A stretch of 60,200 nucleotides of DNA from Candidatus Moanibacter sp. (GTDB lineage: Bacteria; Verrucomicrobiota; Verrucomicrobiia; Opitutales; UBA2987), in NCBI GenBank assembly GCA_965215885.1, contig CBDCEW010000037.1, positions 1 to 60,200 of the forward strand, written 5' to 3'. The position numbers and the translations under genes are program-made. A model generated the notes under the pieces. That model did not search any database and was not told where the DNA came from. It was given only the letters and a program-made list of their open reading frames with translations. Positions 1-9,801 of the stretch are shown piece after piece. How positions within the stretch are numbered: position 1 is the stretch's first letter; each line of letters begins with the position of its first letter.

Positions 1-1465
1 GGGGTGGATCTTGCAAATTTGGCCTCCAAGACGTTGGGTATGTGCCCGAGAGTCTTAGCCGATCACTGGCAGGAGGCTTTTGGCTATCGTCCCTTAGTAG
101 CGGAAACGTTCGTGGACCCACAGATTCACCGGGGCACTTGCTACGAAGCGAGCGGGTGGACGCCCTTGGGCTTGAGCGCGGGATATGGCCGCCAACGCGA
201 AGATTTCTATCAACGCCATGAGCGTCCCAAGCAGATCTGGGTCAAACCCCTCAAGGCTAATGCCCTTGAGCTTTTGCGCGCTTCAGGGCCATTGCCCGCG
301 GCACAGAGCCAGGCGCTCAATGAAACCGATAACTCCCATGCGGTCTGCCTCAAAGTGGAACAGATGAGCAGCCTGTGGGAACGCTTCAATCAGATAGAAG
401 ACTTCCGTCGTAAAGCGGGCCTTAGATATCGGCTCGCCACGGTCCTGAGCATGATTGTGCTCGGCACGATGTGCGGCAAACAGACCCTCAAGGGCATCGT
501 GCGCCTGGCCCATCATCTCAATCAAGCCCAATTGCGCGCCTTACGCTCCTGGAAAACCCCAAAACAGGCCGCTATAAGGCCCCTTGCTATGATGTCTTCT
601 ATCGGATCTTGCAAAACGTAAAGGCCGAGCTCTTCGATAAAACCCTCACCGAATTCATCTGCTTACAAGACGGCTGTTTGCCCCGCGATATTGCCGTCGA
701 CGGCAAGACCCTCAAAGGCACAAACACCGAAGAATCAAAGGCTCTGCACCTGGTGGCCGCAGTCGATCACCAAAGCGCTCAAACCTTAGCCCAAGTCGCT
801 ACCGCCGATAAATCCAACGAGATCACCGCCGCCCAGACTCTCTTGCGAAAGATGCCCATTTTGGACGGCTCCACCTTCACCTTCGACGCCATGCATAATC
901 AAAAAGAAACTGCCCACATCGTCGTCGAAGAACTCAGTGCTGACTATGTTATTCAAATTAAAGACAATCAGCCCAACATGCATCAATACGCTCAGAATCT
1001 CTTCAGCTCCACCCCCTTTTTCTCCACCAAACCGTGGACAATGACCATGGGCGACTCGAAATACGCCAAATAGCAACCCATTCTCTAAGCGCTCCCTCTG
1101 CCGGCCTGCCCCATGCCCGCCAGTTCGCCTGTGTGCAACGCACCTTCCATTATCCAAACAAAGCTGAACCTTCCTCTGAACGCTCTTACTACGTAAGCAG
1201 TCTCGATCCCGCCGATTTGAGCCCTCAACAGTTCCTCTCGAAAATTCGCAACCATTGGTCGATCGAAAATAAAAATCATTACCCCAGGGATCGCTTCTTC
1301 GATGAAGATCGATGTATGATCCGTAATCATAACGCAGCCAGAATTCTTGCTGCATGCAGGCAACTGGTTCTCAGCCTCAAGTCTTCCATGGGCGCTGAAT
1401 CCACTCCCGCACTCTGTGATGATTTCGTCTTTAACTTACATAAGGCCATCAATATCATCACCTAA
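1..1465 (+). pseudogene. ISAs1 transposase in three frames (4..621, 471..1073, 1034..1465)
   Basis: Break near 553 is A4 here versus A5 in copy 2 (mutation or homopolymer error). Break at 1012-1021 (C5T5) is shared by both copies. Confidence 0.8.
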
Positions 1466-1489
1466 TGCTCCGAGAATCAAAATACCGTG
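1..1489 (+). mobile_element. ISAs1-family IS with DUF4338-like N-terminal extension, copy 1 (left end outside window)
   Basis: Near-identical to 26537..28136 on the other strand. Motifs IAVDGKTLKG, KSNEITA, HGRLEIR, IRNHWSIEN, FDED. Right end gaatcaaaataccgtg (ends 1489) is an imperfect inverted match to the copy 2 left end cagggtaaaaggattc. Confidence 0.9.
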
Positions 1490-1847
1490 GCTTTTGCCAC
1501 TCCATTCTCAGTATATAGGGACATAATCCGTATGGGAACTTCCAATCCCCACATTCCGTAAACGTCTCCCCCCGGCAAGAACACATACTTCTCCAATGTT
1601 TCGTTACCCCCTAAAGTCACAGATTCGTGAAGTCCATTTTCATTCAAATACCCCAAGTGCTCTATCAAATCGGCCAGTAGGTGTTTAGCGATCGCCTCAG
1701 TCGCCGGTCCCTGAATGAAGCTGACAACCTTGCTGTAATCACTCCCACTGACAAATACCGCCGCGCTGCTAGCAACTGCTCCAGTGGTGCGTAACCAATT
1801 CACCACTCGATTTCTCGGATCATGCCTTTGATCAAATTCAAAAGTAT
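1490..1847 (-). pseudogene. Gene fragment trapped between ISAs1 and ISL3
   Basis: The frame of ORF 1477..1806 is open from the ISL3 end to the ISAs1 end; both bounding stops lie inside IS termini. Confidence 0.55.
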
Positions 1848-3330
1848 GGGTCTACAGCAGAATCTGTGGGTGGGTAACGTCGCTTACAAGAGGAAATAGA
1901 GTCGGTGAGCACAAGGAGAAGTCAGGGCGCTGCCCTGAATCCCGCTCCTCCACAGCCGGAGGGGCTGGTCGGTGTTTTCTTTGCATATGGGATTGAAAGG
2001 TTGAAGCACCGGGCCGTTCCGAGGATGAAAGTAGTACCGAAAATACATCCTGAACACGGAGGACCCAGTGCTCATCAAAACGCTACTGAATCGGTGCTAT
2101 TGGCTCAAGAGCTTTGTTTACGCAAAGGCGAGTATGGAAATGGTGAAATCGGAGGAGGCGATTGTGGTGCAGATTGAGCCGCGCAAGAATAGTCGGGTGT
2201 GCTGTTCGGGGTGTGGCCGGACGGCCAGCGGCTACGACCACATGAGCGAGGCGAGGCATTTTGAATTTGTGCCCTTGTGGGGGATGAAGGTGTATTTTCG
2301 TTACCGCATGCGGCGGGTCAATTGCCGGCGGTGCGGGGTGAAGGTCGAAGAGGTGCCCTGGGCCAAGGGCAAGAGTCATCTGAGTTGGCCAATGCAATGG
2401 TTTCTGGCCCAGTGGGCGAGGCGCTTGAGCTGGGAAGAGACGGCAAGGGTTTTTCGCACGAACTGGCGCAACGTCTTCGAGTCGGTCGAGGCGATGGTGC
2501 GTTGGGGGCTCAAACGGCGCGATATGAGCGGGATTGAGGCGATCGGAGTCGATGAGGTGCAGTATCATCGAGGCCATCACTATCTCACCGTGGTCTACCA
2601 GCTTGACGAGGGGCGGCGGCGGCTATTGGGCGTATTCAATAAGCGCAACGTAAAATCGCTCTTGCGTTTTTTCTGGGAATTGGGAGCGCAAAAGAGCAGC
2701 CAGATCCTCTACGTCTGCTCGGATCTGTGGAAGCCTTACCTCAAAGTGATCAAGAAAAAGGCACCCCAGGCGCTGCACATCCTCGATCGCTTCCACTTGG
2801 TAGCCAACCTGAACAAGGCCCTCAATGAGATTCGTGCTGCGGAAGCCAGGCGATTGCAACGGGACGGCTACATCAACGTGCTGGTCAAAAGCAAATACTG
2901 TTTCTTGAAAAATCCGCAAAATCTCACCCCCACCCAACAGATCCGCCTCAAGGAGGTGCTCCAATACGATCTGAAGAGCGTGCGGGCCTATCTACTAAAG
3001 GAGAGCTTTCAGCTCTTGTGGCATTATAAAAGTCCCTACTGGGCCCAATGGTATCTGAAAAAATGGTGCACGCGCGCCATGCGTTCGCGCCTCAAACCGA
3101 TCAAAAGGTTCGTGCGCTCGGTGCGCAAACACGAGCCGCTCATCCTCAACTGGTTTCGGGCCAAAAAGGCCTTTTCCTGCGGCATTGTGGAGGGCTTTAA
3201 CCGCAATATAAATCTCACTATCAGAAAAGCATACGGCTTTAAGAGCTTCGAAGTGCTTAAGATCGCCCTATTTCATACCATGGGCGACTTGCCTGAACCC
3301 GAAATAACCCACAGATTCTGCTGACGAGGC
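1848..3330 (+). mobile_element. ISL3-family IS
   Basis: Terminal IRs gggtctacagcagaatctgtgggt / acccacagattctgctgacgaggc; no flanking direct repeat. Confidence 0.92.
2068..3324 (+). CDS. ISL3-family transposase
   Basis: CxxC zinc ribbon, IGVDE, SDLWKPY, LDRFH, VEGFN, RKAYGF motifs; 418 aa. Confidence 0.95.
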   Translation: MLIKTLLNRCYWLKSFVYAKASMEMVKSEEAIVVQIEPRKNSRVCCSGCGRTASGYDHMSEARHFEFVPLWGMKVYFRYRMRRVNCRRCGVKVEEVPWAKGKSHLSWPMQWFLAQWARRLSWEETARVFRTNWRNVFESVEAMVRWGLKRRDMSGIEAIGVDEVQYHRGHHYLTVVYQLDEGRRRLLGVFNKRNVKSLLRFFWELGAQKSSQILYVCSDLWKPYLKVIKKKAPQALHILDRFHLVANLNKALNEIRAAEARRLQRDGYINVLVKSKYCFLKNPQNLTPTQQIRLKEVLQYDLKSVRAYLLKESFQLLWHYKSPYWAQWYLKKWCTRAMRSRLKPIKRFVRSVRKHEPLILNWFRAKKAFSCGIVEGFNRNINLTIRKAYGFKSFEVLKIALFHTMGDLPEPEITHRFC

Positions 3331-3417
3331 AATTTTTTGAACACGTCTTGGAGTGTACAAATTCTGATCATTAAAGGATCGATCTCGAATCTCTGGCGAT
3401 GGAAAATCGAACGCCGA

Positions 3418-3459
3418 CCTGTCCTCCATAGTCACGAGCGCAGCGAGTACGAAAGAGGA
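3418..3459. repeat. 42-bp palindromic insert in a dispersed repeat
   Basis: cgaacgccga|insert|aggtcttt here versus the uninterrupted cgaacgccgaaggtcttt at 9961..9978; related reverse-complement sequence near 32017..32048. Confidence 0.6.
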
Positions 3460-3752
3460 AGGTCTTTGCTTCCATGTTGGACTCGACAGGACGTTGGACG
3501 TTCAATGTTCGACGTTCGATGTTCGACAGTGCCTTCCTCTTAATTCCCGTCCATTTGCGTTCATTTGCGGTTCTCTTCTTCTTTTCTCGTTGCCCGTTCG
3601 AGAGCCTCAGGGCCCTGAGCCTGTCGCAGGGCGGCTTCGCTGCGCTACGTTCTTCTTGTCACGGCGTAATCAAGGAGGCATCATGAAACCAGATTGCGAA
3701 TTGATTGAGAAAATGATCAGCCTCCGATATTCTGCCCAGCAGTGAACGCATT

Positions 3753-4586
3753 CTAATCTTTCCAAATTCCGTCCCACTCGCGTTCAGGGTGGCGGAGCAG
3801 AAATTCGCATCGTTCTGCCATCGCGGTTCCGATCTCCAGACCTGTCTCCTCTGTCAAGGCGAGAAAGGCTGTTCTTGCTTCATCGAGTCTACCGGACCTG
3901 TATAGCCTGTATGCCTCCCTATACCCCTCATCGGAGTGTATTTTCAGTTGAAATCTCGGATCGGTATCGATGACCAGCTCATGCAACTCCGTCGGCTTGC
4001 GAAGCCCCTTGAGATGCAGAAAGTCAATGAATCGAAAGGAAAAACGAGGGTCGGCATCGACAAAGGGCCTCGCGTAGTCGAAGAAAGGCCTCGAGATCAA
4101 TACTCGCGCTCGAAAATGGCGGGAGAGGCTTTGAATTCTGGCCGCTTCGTGCACCCCGACTCCTACTGCATGATCGCGTTGGTCGAGGTCGAAGTAGACG
4201 AATGAAGCGGTCGCTACCGTCACACCGAATCCGATATCTATGGGCGGTTTGGACACATCTCCCTCTTTTCGAGCATTGTAGGCATGCATTCTCTGAGTGA
4301 GATGATAGATATTTTCCAGGAGGAACTTGGTATTGTCTTCTGGAAAGACAGCGAGAAGGCCGTCACCGTATATTTCGGAGTAGGTCTGCTCGTGGCCGAG
4401 GTAGAGTTCCCGAAAGGTGGTGGCATGCACATCAAGGATGAACTCTTCGTAACCGCCAGGCTCAGGATTTCCCGGACCGAATCGACCGGATTCGAAATCC
4501 TGCAGAATCTCAGTGGAATTACGCAGATCGCAAAACAAGAGGATGCGGTTCGTCTTTCCTTTGGGATATTTCCGGGGACCTGTCAT
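3753..4586 (-). CDS. Class III adenylate/guanylate cyclase domain protein with TPR-like tail
   Basis: LFCDLRNST, YGDGLLAVF, IGFGV, VHEAARIQS, LKGL motifs; ends WDGIW. Confidence 0.85.
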   Translation of the reverse strand: MTGPRKYPKGKTNRILLFCDLRNSTEILQDFESGRFGPGNPEPGGYEEFILDVHATTFRELYLGHEQTYSEIYGDGLLAVFPEDNTKFLLENIYHLTQRMHAYNARKEGDVSKPPIDIGFGVTVATASFVYFDLDQRDHAVGVGVHEAARIQSLSRHFRARVLISRPFFDYARPFVDADPRFSFRFIDFLHLKGLRKPTELHELVIDTDPRFQLKIHSDEGYREAYRLYRSGRLDEARTAFLALTEETGLEIGTAMAERCEFLLRHPEREWDGIWKD

Positions 4587-4994
4587 CTACTCAGGAATCC
4601 GGTTACCGGTCAGGCGTTCGCCGAGCTTGGCGCCGGCTAAAGCGAGCACGAAGGCAATGCCGCCACCGATCAGCATCTTGACAGTGCTGAATTGAATGAA
4701 CGCATAGGGAGTGAAGAAACTCAGCGCCAGCATTGTGGCAACGCAGAGAAACGCGCCTACTGCCGGCTCGTGAATGCGTAGGCCCGGTGAAAACATCCCG
4801 ATTGCGATGCCACCTATAAAGTAACTGGCCAGATTCAGCAGGCCCTGTACCAGAAAACCATAGCTGATAGACGAATACCGTCCGAGCAGGTACTCGCCCA
4901 CAAGGCCGCCCAGAATTGTTTGCAAGCCAATAAATACTCCCATACTCACGAGAGTCCACTTCCAGGAGAATGCCCGGCATTCAGAAGGCGCCAT
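4587..4994 (-). CDS. Four-TM membrane protein
   Basis: 135 aa with four hydrophobic segments; directly abuts the cyclase gene. Confidence 0.75.
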   Translation of the reverse strand: MAPSECRAFSWKWTLVSMGVFIGLQTILGGLVGEYLLGRYSSISYGFLVQGLLNLASYFIGGIAIGMFSPGLRIHEPAVGAFLCVATMLALSFFTPYAFIQFSTVKMLIGGGIAFVLALAGAKLGERLTGNRIPE

Positions 4995-5012
4995 CGGACT
5001 AAGTGCTTGCTA

Positions 5013-6934
5013 GACCTTATCCGAAAAGCTACTGATTGGCCGCAAAGAGGCGCAAAAGGCGCAAGAAAAACTTGAGAAAAATCATTTTTTGGCTTGATAA
5101 AAAGTGTCGCAACATGCTAGTGTTTAACAACTCTAAGATTAAGAAAGGAGTTAAACATGCCAACATGTGCGACAGAGGAGAACAAAAGCGATAAGACGCC
5201 CCTTAGCAACCTCATTCTGCCGGTTCCAGACACGGATTTCCGTGATTTTCTGGATGAAGTTGAAGAATTGGCCGGGTTCGCGGCGCAAATCATCGAGGCG
5301 ATCGAGAAGGATCTGGACGCCCATGCGCGTGAGAAGAAGAAACTTCGATTGGAAGATCGAAGGTTCTTTGAAGGGCGCACAGCGGAGCTGCCGGAGCTGG
5401 ACATCGAGGAGGAGAATATTCTGGCTGCTGAATTGAATCTTGGGGCAGGCCGGCCGCGGATGCCGGCTTATGCGGTATACGTGTTCGTGATGATTCGAGG
5501 GTTGCTCTGGGTTCGTTGACCACGAAACCGGCACGGCGGTTTGTGCGCGAGTCGATGAGCTTGTACGGATTTGCCTTCAGAGCGGGGGACTGAGAATGCC
5601 GGCGGTGACGACGATTCTGGAGAACGTGAACCTGGTCAGCCATACGACCCGCGAGTTGATCTTTGATAAACAGATTGGGTTTATCCTCCAGGAGCAATGG
5701 GACGATTTCGGGAAGCTGACGATCGACAGCACCTCGGTGAAAGCAAACAGCTGCTGGCCCACCGATGGGAAGATTCTGAGCGGTCTTTTGATGCGGGCCA
5801 ATCGTTTGGGTCAGAAGTTGCATGTCTTCGGGCTGGAGGATTTTCGCAAGGGATGGGTTGGGCGTTGGCTGGAGGAAATGGACAAGCTGGAGTTTCAGAT
5901 TTGTCTGGCCGCGGGCAAACCGAAGTCGAAGGGCAAGCTGAAGAAACACTACCGGCGGTTGCTCAAGCGGGGCCGCAAGGCGGCCGACTCACTAACGGGG
6001 GAACTGAGCCATCTTGAAGAGGGCCTGTCGATGGATTCACTGCCTCCCACTCGCCGGGAGCTTCTGGAGCGGGCATTGAGCCAGATCAGGGGCGATATTG
6101 CCGACGCCAAGCGGGTTGTTGAGTATGCTCATGATCGGGTGTTTCACGAAAAGAAGCTACCGTCCACACAGAAGGTCCTGAGCCTGTCGGACGGATCGGC
6201 GGCCTACATCAAGAAGGGCAGCCGCAATCCAGTGATCGGGTACAAGCCACAACTGGTTCGCAGCGAAAACGGTTTTGTCACCAGCCTGATCGTACCGCAA
6301 GGCAATGCGGCAGACTCCATTGAGCTGGCGCCGGCCATCGGCGATTCGATCAAGCGCACCGGTGTCATTGCTGAACTGATCAGCACCGATGACGGATATG
6401 CTTCGGCGAAGGGACGCAAGGAGGTGCTGAGCATGGGGGTAAAGCAGATCAGTATCAGTGGGGCGAAGGGCAAGAAGTTGACCACCCCCGAGGACTGGGA
6501 GAGCGAGGCGTATCGCGAGGCACGCCGCGATCGCTCCGCAGTGGAGTCGCTGATGTTCACGATTAAAGATGGATTTGCCTTTGGCGAACTCGGCCGCCGC
6601 GGCATCGATGCGGTAGGCGATGAACTGCTCGAGAAGGTTCTGGCCTACAACTTCTGCCGCATCATACTGATGAAGAAACGCCGAGGGGAGGAACTGGAAC
6701 AGGCGGCCTGAATCTGACCGCTTTGCAGCTCGGAGAAAAAAGCACCACGGGATGAGTATGCCTCCAGACAGCGGCAAATATGCGTATTGTGCAGCAAGCC
6801 ACGCCGATGGCCGCTCAATACCTGCTCATCGGCAGCGCCGGCAGCCTAAAACCCGAAACCTGCCAGCCATAGGCTGGTCCGCCCGTGGCGGAGAACCTTA
6901 AACCGCCCGCTCGAAAGGCTTTTCGAATGGGGTC
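5013..6934 (+). mobile_element. ISNCY/IS5-like DDE IS, copy 1, with 6-bp target duplication TTGCTA
   Basis: IRs gaccttatccgaaaagc / gcttttcgaatggggtc; TTGCTA at 5007-5012 and 6935-6940; near-identical to 24620..26536. Confidence 0.92.
5157..6711 (+). pseudogene. Frameshifted ISNCY/IS5-like transposase
   Basis: Split into 5157..5519 and 5596..6711 by indels clustered at about 5490-5585 relative to intact copy 2. Confidence 0.8.
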
Positions 6935-7255
6935 TTGCTATCCAGCTCATCCCGTACGCGGACATCATTTCCTCTCCACGCCCAGCTCTTCCAGCCGGGC
7001 AGCGATGTCACCCCCATGAGAGCCGGCTTTGACCTCTCTGTCGATGAACAGGATGTTCCCGTCCCTGCCTATGTAGAAGGTCCAGCGGGAAGCCATGTTC
7101 CTCTCATTCAATACCCCGTACGCCTCGGCAGTTCTCCGATCCGGATCACTGAGAATAGGGTAATCCAAGTCCAAAGAGTCAGCAAATTCCTTGTTCGTTT
7201 CGGCTGAATCACAACTCGCCGCAAAGTAGGCCACCTCAAACTTGCGAATCTCTTG

Positions 7256-7274
7256 GCCGCTCGCACGGAGCGAC
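7256..7274 (-). promoter_or_regulatory. Putative bacterial SECIS hairpin
   Basis: gtcgctc-cgtgc-gagcggc: 7-bp stem with one G-U pair, G-containing loop, starting 14 nt after the in-frame TGA. Confidence 0.7.
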
Positions 7275-7356
7275 TTACATTCAGCCGTTCAACCACCCGT
7301 GAAAGCTTTCGGAAACCAGGCGACCACAACCGCCTTCTTGCCATTGAAATCGGAAA

Positions 7357-7905
7357 GTAAAGATCCTCGGGGCAAGCCCCGAGGCATTTTCAAAATAATC
7401 CCAACTCCAACTGCCCTTTATGCAATCGCTGGTAATTTGCCTCCTCACCTTGATTCGCGATATAGGCCGCGATCACGCTCTCGCTGCTGTGTTGCCCCAC
7501 CGTGTTTACGAAGTACCCTTTTCCCCAGAACTCTCCGCCCCACAGTTGCTTCTTCACCTCCGGTGCTTTCGCAAACACTTCGCGCGCAGTTACACTCTTC
7601 ACCGTCGTAACGATCCTCGTCGGACTGTAAGCCGGCACCGACTGGATCAGAAAGTGTGCATGGTCTCGATCTAATCCTATTTCCAAGAAGACAATCTCCC
7701 AGCGCTTTTCAATCTCGATGCAGGCTGCCCTCAGAACCTCGTCCACACGCTCACTCATCACAACTCGACGATACTTCGCTGCGCACACCAGATGATACAT
7801 CAGCACCGATACATTGTGACTTTTGTGGATGTAACGACTTCCCATCCCCTATCATCATATACCACTAAAGCCGAAGCAAGCTTCGGGGAATTGAACCCAG
7901 CGAGA
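7357..7905 (-). mobile_element. IS200/IS605-family element, tnpA only
   Basis: Subterminal hairpins cgaagcttgcttcg and cctcggggcttgccccgagg; lies 3' of TTTAA; ends shared with the 92-bp element at 31521. Confidence 0.9.
7390..7845 (-). CDS. tnpA: IS200-type Y1 HUH transposase
   Basis: YHLVCAAKYRR, HUH motif DHAHFL, FWGKGYF, catalytic Tyr in AYIANQ. Confidence 0.95.
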   Translation of the reverse strand: MGSRYIHKSHNVSVLMYHLVCAAKYRRVVMSERVDEVLRAACIEIEKRWEIVFLEIGLDRDHAHFLIQSVPAYSPTRIVTTVKSVTAREVFAKAPEVKKQLWGGEFWGKGYFVNTVGQHSSESVIAAYIANQGEEANYQRLHKGQLELGLF

Positions 7906-8095
7906 TTAAAGTCCGGCGCCGGGTCACCGGCTTTTAGATCGTCTGCCATTGCTGTTGAATTTTCGCTTCCCAGCCAGAGGGCCAGACCCACACAGAGCAG
8001 GAAAAGCGGACTGTTTTTCATTTAAACGAGGATTGTTGGAATTGAATCAAAATAAGAAACATCCCGTCCTTAAGAAGTCGTTTGAAATGATGGGG

Positions 8096-9496
8096 TCAAC
8101 TCTCCTCGATACAATACAGATATCTCTCTCCTCGCAAGAATATCTGATTGCCCACGACAACCGGAGAAGCATCGAATTCTTCGTCGAGGGTATTGACTCC
8201 TAAAATCTCCAGCTTATCGCCGTGTTTTAACACGATGGTCTCGCCTTCACGGGTGCTGATATATACATGTCCCGCAGCTCCTATGGGAGATGCATAAACG
8301 TTACCGATGACAGGCAGCTCTGAAGCTTCAATCACCGGGCTTCCATCGTTCGCATTCAAGGATGTCAAAATAGCGTCATTCGAACTCAGAAAGTATAATC
8401 TGTCATCGTACAATAGGGGCGAGGGAACGTAGGGGGTGTCTTGATTGTACATCCAGGCGATCTTTTCGCTTCCGGTTATGTCCCCTCTCGCATCTAAAGG
8501 GATTGAATGGAAGGCAGAACCGCGGAATCCGCTCGTGCAAAGCACATGATTCCCGAACCGAACAGGTGATGGGATGGGATTGGCGGTCAGGCCGTTCGAC
8601 TGCCAAATCAGTTGCCCGGTCGTCAGATCATAGCTTCGCACGTGATTCGCTCCGGTCACAATGACTTGCACTATTCCTCCATGTTCCGTGATCAACGGAG
8701 TTGCCCATGTCGTCCTCTCATCTCGTTCTGTCTTCCACCTCATTTCACCTGAAAGCGCATCCAAACAGACTATGAAGGAACTTCCTTCATGATCCCAGTT
8801 TACCACCAGGGAATCCGCGTATAACACCGGCGAAGCCCCTTCTCCAAAGCTCAACCTCGTCTGCATATTGCCCAAATCTCTCTTCCACTTCAGATTTCCT
8901 TCCAAATCAAAACAAAAGAGTCCACGGGATCCGAACGTTACATATAAATGCTGACCATCTGTGGTAGGTGAACCTGACGCAAAGGTTCCTGTCCGATGAT
9001 GACCTTCATGAGGAACTTCTTCCGTGACGGCTTTCTCCCACAGAATTTTACCGGTGTTTTTCTCGAAACTCATGACAACGAATCGGTAAAAATTTGTCGG
9101 TTCGAACCCGCCGAATCTCCTTCCCCCTCTGCCTCTACCCCCACCTCCATGTCTGTTTCGACGATTGTCCTGCGGTGCCACCTCCTGAAGCGCTTCTTGA
9201 GCCTCTTCAGCGCCTTCTTTTTTTCGATCGGTTTTGATGGCGGTAATAATGAATACCTGATTGTCCCAAATGATCGGAGTCGCGCTTCCCGCTCCCGGGA
9301 TCTCCACCTTCCATTTGATATTTCTATTTTCATCCCAGTGAAGTGGTGGATTCCCGTTCGGAACGAATCCGTTGACTTGCGGGCCACGCCAATGGGGCCA
9401 GTTGTTCAGCCGTTTTGATTCGAACTCTTCGGCAAGCGCCACGCTTGAAACAAAACAAATAAGTAATGTGAGTATTAGGTTCTTCGTCATGGTCAT
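8096..9496 (-). CDS. Secreted PQQ-binding-like beta-propeller protein
   Basis: Signal peptide, NWPHWRGP, repeated SP/TP...G..W blades, terminal LYCI. Confidence 0.9.
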   Translation of the reverse strand: MTMTKNLILTLLICFVSSVALAEEFESKRLNNWPHWRGPQVNGFVPNGNPPLHWDENRNIKWKVEIPGAGSATPIIWDNQVFIITAIKTDRKKEGAEEAQEALQEVAPQDNRRNRHGGGGRGRGGRRFGGFEPTNFYRFVVMSFEKNTGKILWEKAVTEEVPHEGHHRTGTFASGSPTTDGQHLYVTFGSRGLFCFDLEGNLKWKRDLGNMQTRLSFGEGASPVLYADSLVVNWDHEGSSFIVCLDALSGEMRWKTERDERTTWATPLITEHGGIVQVIVTGANHVRSYDLTTGQLIWQSNGLTANPIPSPVRFGNHVLCTSGFRGSAFHSIPLDARGDITGSEKIAWMYNQDTPYVPSPLLYDDRLYFLSSNDAILTSLNANDGSPVIEASELPVIGNVYASPIGAAGHVYISTREGETIVLKHGDKLEILGVNTLDEEFDASPVVVGNQIFLRGERYLYCIEES

Positions 9497-9669
9497 GTTC
9501 CTTTTTCGGATCGTTCTGTGGGAATAGTCTTACAATCCTATCATCTTTGTAAATGCTCGATGGGGCATGGGTTCAGATCTTACGTATGGCAGACTCTAAC
9601 AGATTGAGAGTTGAATAAGGAAAGCAGGAAATTGACTATATTAATAGACCAATGTAGGAGTCCACTTCG

Positions 9670-9801
9670 CCTCTCTGCCGCACGGCAGAGCCTGAAACGC
9701 GAAGAAGAGCATTCTCAAGAGCGCGGCTGCACCGTTAGCCAAAGTATAGCGCTCTTGGAAATGCTCTTTTTCGCGTTTCTTCACTCGCATAAGCGAGTTG
9801 G
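9670..9801. repeat. About 130-bp hairpin-forming dispersed repeat, copy 1
   Basis: Similar to 19915..20045; internal IR aaacgcgaagaagagcatt...aatgctctttttcgcgttt. Confidence 0.75.

Larger units (their letters stand above)
6965..8021 (-). pseudogene. Signal-peptide-bearing AhpC/TSA (BCP-like) selenocysteine peroxiredoxin, interrupted by IS200
   Basis: N-part MKNSP...LKAGDPAPDF (8021..7906). C-part LSDFNGKKAVVVAWFPKAFTGG-TGA-TAECKSLR continues in frame into ORF 6965..7234 (YPILSD...RWTFYIG). TGA at 7291-7289 occupies the peroxidatic Cys position. Confidence 0.85.

Noticed and set aside
5490..5585. Programmed frameshift in ISNCY copy 1
   Set aside because: Copy 2 is continuous; the clustered indels look like decay or consensus error.
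7357..7905. TnpB/IscB or IStron
   Set aside because: The element is only about 550 bp and holds tnpA alone.
7800..8021. 73-aa ORF as a stand-alone gene
   Set aside because: It is the peroxiredoxin N-terminus reading into the IS200 left end.
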